A stretch of 64,000 nt of DNA from a virus: the IMG/VR virus record IMGVR_UViG_3300045988_050655; one strand, written 5' to 3'. Shown here piece after piece: positions 62,106 through 64,000 of this stretch. The notes under the pieces are model-generated. The model did no database searches, was not told the DNA's origin, and saw only the letters and a program-made list of their open reading frames with translations. Position numbers and translations under genes: made by a program. Position 1 is the stretch's first letter. Every line of letters begins with the position of its first letter.

Positions 62106-62125
62106 TTTGCAAATATACGATGAAT

Positions 62126-62401
62126 TTATGTAATACTTACTTTATCCGTTGATGATTCACGTCTTTTTCTGTTGACGGCTTGCATCAGTCGGACGGTTCT
62201 CTTGGCATTCTCGCTGCGGAGACAACCACAAGAGCGTGTGAATCCTGAGAGCAGGGCGGAACTGAGGATTTTCTTTCCTCTGCCACAATCGCACTTGCAT
62301 ATCCAGTAGACTCCGTTTCTTGCTCCCTTTTCGGCAGGGGCTCGGCGGCAGACTACCAGTCTGCCAAACCTTTGCCCAGTGAGGTCTTTAATCTTAGCCA
62401 T
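62126..62401 (-). CDS. zinc-ribbon phage protein (LTGQRFGRL...C.CDCG...SCGC family)
   Basis: DLTGQRFGRLVVCRR....YWICKCDCGRGKKILSSALLSGFTRSCGC. Confidence 0.5.
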   Translation of the reverse strand: MAKIKDLTGQRFGRLVVCRRAPAEKGARNGVYWICKCDCGRGKKILSSALLSGFTRSCGCLRSENAKRTVRLMQAVNRKRRESSTDKVSIT

Positions 62402-62402
62402 G

Positions 62403-62699
62403 TTACTTCTCAGCCAGTTTCTTTGCCTCTTCTACTGATACTGGCTTTCCGCTGAGAGGTATGCGGAAGTCGAACTTTGAACGGAAACCGTAATAGCCTA
62501 CGAAATCGAAGCTCTGTTTCATACGCTCATCGGTGGTGATGTACTTCTTGTAAGCCTTCACCTCCTTCTCTGAGCGGTAGATGGTGGAGTTGACGAAGTA
62601 GGAACTGGTTCCCTTGTTGGCGATAACTGCAATAAAGAACTGCTTGCCAAGGAACTTTTCCTTGATACGCTGAATAATTGAGATTTTCTTTGTATTCAT
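62403..62699 (-). CDS. hypothetical protein
   Basis: 98-aa ORF. Confidence 0.45.
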   Translation of the reverse strand: MNTKKISIIQRIKEKFLGKQFFIAVIANKGTSSYFVNSTIYRSEKEVKAYKKYITTDERMKQSFDFVGYYGFRSKFDFRIPLSGKPVSVEEAKKLAEK

Positions 62700-62753
62700 A
62701 TATTAAATTTGATTAAATATTAAGAAGAATGCAGATAGGCTGCACTCTTAAAA

Positions 62754-62945
62754 CTATTCGATTCCACAAGATACGATGCTGTCTTCTTTGTTGATGCCTC
62801 GGAAGTATTCGCATCGCTGGCAAGCAAGGCTACCTACGTATAGGATTTCGTTGGTGTACTTGCCGTATATGCCGAATGGGCAGGGAGTGGTGTACTCGAA
62901 ATGCCCACCGATAAATTCGTTGACGTTAAATTTTGGATATTTCAT
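62754..62945 (-). CDS. small Cys-containing hypothetical protein
   Basis: ATG 62945 follows the upstream stop at 62953. MKYPKFNVNEF...PCPFG...CQRCEYF...SCG. Confidence 0.4.
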   Translation of the reverse strand: MKYPKFNVNEFIGGHFEYTTPCPFGIYGKYTNEILYVGSLACQRCEYFRGINKEDSIVSCGIE

Positions 62946-62952
62946 TGCTAAA

Positions 62953-63330
62953 TTATTTGTTTGTATTCTTTGTTTTTCCGTCTGCCATATCATCGCCAAG
63001 AATATCCTTGATTTTCTTTTCGATGTACTCATCAGAAGTGCATTCCTTTATTAAGGCATCAATGTTTGGTAATTCTACATCAACTCCGTCTTCTTGTGTT
63101 TTAGATGCAAGAATTTCCATTATCCATTTCGCCCAATTACCTTTAGTAAGGTCAATAAAAGTATCCTTTTGGCTTTCGTAGGCTTTCGTCAGCTCTCCGT
63201 TATCACGGAAATATCTGAGCACTTCCGTTAATGCCAAGACAAAGTTCTTGTCTAACATCGGGTTGCTCTTTGCCTCTTCCAGTTTAAGCATCAGGAAGAG
63301 TAATGATGAATGTAAATCTGTTTTATTCAT
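62953..63330 (-). CDS. hypothetical protein
   Basis: 125-aa ORF. Confidence 0.45.
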   Translation of the reverse strand: MNKTDLHSSLLFLMLKLEEAKSNPMLDKNFVLALTEVLRYFRDNGELTKAYESQKDTFIDLTKGNWAKWIMEILASKTQEDGVDVELPNIDALIKECTSDEYIEKKIKDILGDDMADGKTKNTNK

Positions 63331-63343
63331 AGTTACTTACTTT

Positions 63344-63604
63344 TTAGTTTTTATTTTTATTATCTAAATCTATGAGATAGCAAATAATGATAGAAATAAT
63401 CATTATTGAAAAGAATGTATAAAAACCTTCATCGTGCAGGTCTGACAAAAACAAAGGACCAGTTTTATATACTTCATAAGTATGCCCTCCATTCCAAATA
63501 AGAGAGAATATGTCTGCTATGAGAATAAGGATAAAAGCAATCCCTATAGTCTTTAATGCTTTCAGAACAAAGTGCTTTATCTTCTTGAATAATTTTATTT
63601 TCAT
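63344..63604 (-). CDS. membrane protein (two to three TM helices)
   Basis: 86-aa hydrophobic ORF. Confidence 0.45.
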   Translation of the reverse strand: MKIKLFKKIKHFVLKALKTIGIAFILILIADIFSLIWNGGHTYEVYKTGPLFLSDLHDEGFYTFFSIMIISIIICYLIDLDNKNKN

Positions 63605-63611
63605 ACTCTAT

Positions 63612-63818
63612 TTATTTTGTTAAACTTATCGCCTTTTTGATACGATGGTCGAACTTGTTGCGGTATTTACACTTGCTCGAATTTTCACAGAACATAACAC
63701 AACCATACTCGTTATAAGCTTCCTTAAACTTAGTTTTCCAGTAAGGAGAAGGGTGTTTACTTGGATAATCAGCATAAGTATCTGCATTCATTATCTTCTT
63801 CGCCAATCTAATCTTCAT
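63612..63818 (-). CDS. small basic hypothetical protein
   Basis: 68-aa ORF. Confidence 0.4.
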   Translation of the reverse strand: MKIRLAKKIMNADTYADYPSKHPSPYWKTKFKEAYNEYGCVMFCENSSKCKYRNKFDHRIKKAISLTK

Positions 63819-63821
63819 ACG

Positions 63822-64000
63822 CTACTTCTCCTTATCGAATTTATTGTCAATGACCTTAATATACTTAAAGTATAAAGAATAAGGTATTCCATCAGTAATA
63901 GCAACAAATGCTCCGTCCATATATTCGATTACTGCTTTTACCTTGGAGGAACCCTTAAATAGGTCATATATCTCACGTTCTACTATATCACCTTCCCAGA
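63822..64000 (-). CDS. YopX-like protein, C-terminal fragment (5' end outside the window)
   Basis: Open minus-strand frame from the window edge to TAG 63824-63822. ...WEGDIVEREIYDLFKGSSKVKAVIEYMDGAFVAITDGIPYSLYFKYIKVIDNKFDKEK. Confidence 0.45.
   Translation of the reverse strand, partial: WEGDIVEREIYDLFKGSSKVKAVIEYMDGAFVAITDGIPYSLYFKYIKVIDNKFDKEK

Noticed and set aside
62109-62116. TATATTTG box (minus strand) as the promoter of the gene starting at 62105.
   Set aside because: The box ends only 4 nt from the ATG, so the predicted transcription start would fall inside the ORF. It may be a chance match or an internal promoter. I did not annotate it.

Overview
The whole 64-kb window reads as DNA of a temperate tailed phage, either a phage genome or the interior of a prophage. 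I see no host housekeeping genes. The host is probably Bacteroidota (Prevotella/Bacteroides-like). Evidence: at least 14 TAnnTTTG -7 promoter boxes in front of operons, a DUF3127 protein, a Bacteroidota-type tyrosine integrase and an HTH_17-type excisionase-like protein. Layout: (1) 1-8172, minus strand, early/recombination operon. It holds a Rad52-like annealase, a PD-(D/E)xK exonuclease, a DUF3127 OB-fold protein, a DUF1367-like protein, a VRR-NUC nuclease, a fragmented C5 cytosine methyltransferase, a MazG-like pyrophosphohydrolase and a repeat-bearing DUF7666-like protein. (2) 8173-9256 is an ORF-poor structured region with one tRNA(CAU). (3) 9257-15588 is the lysogeny module: excisionase-like HTH, Rha/KilAC antirepressor, divergent cro-like/cI-like pair, four membrane or secreted moron-like genes, the integrase and a repeat-rich att/ori-like region. 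(4) 15589-18405 holds a wHTH protein, RNase HI and an HNH endonuclease. (5) 18987-39490, plus strand, holds two coiled-coil proteins, one 4,641-aa polyvalent giant protein and small virion or unknown genes. (6) 39567-49163, minus strand, holds an LRR protein, a 1,277-aa CotH-domain tail fibre, TerL, a rhomboid protease and a TerS-position gene. (7) 49296-58195, plus strand, holds scaffold-like protein, major capsid, portal, holin, GH19 endolysin and a u-spanin candidate. (8) 58289-64000, minus strand, holds large tail-type proteins and small early-type genes. The observations I rate highest: the giant multi-effector protein and its recurring (K/R)FS(L/I)(K/R) module-junction motif; a rhomboid intramembrane protease overlapping the terminase gene, together with a capsid protein carrying a signal-peptide-like N-terminus; a C5-methyltransferase split into coupled ORFs with three target-recognition cassettes in three frames; and a ~0.6-kb structured non-coding region next to a tRNA with an atypical anticodon arm. 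All functional calls come from reading motifs in the translations. No database search was run.
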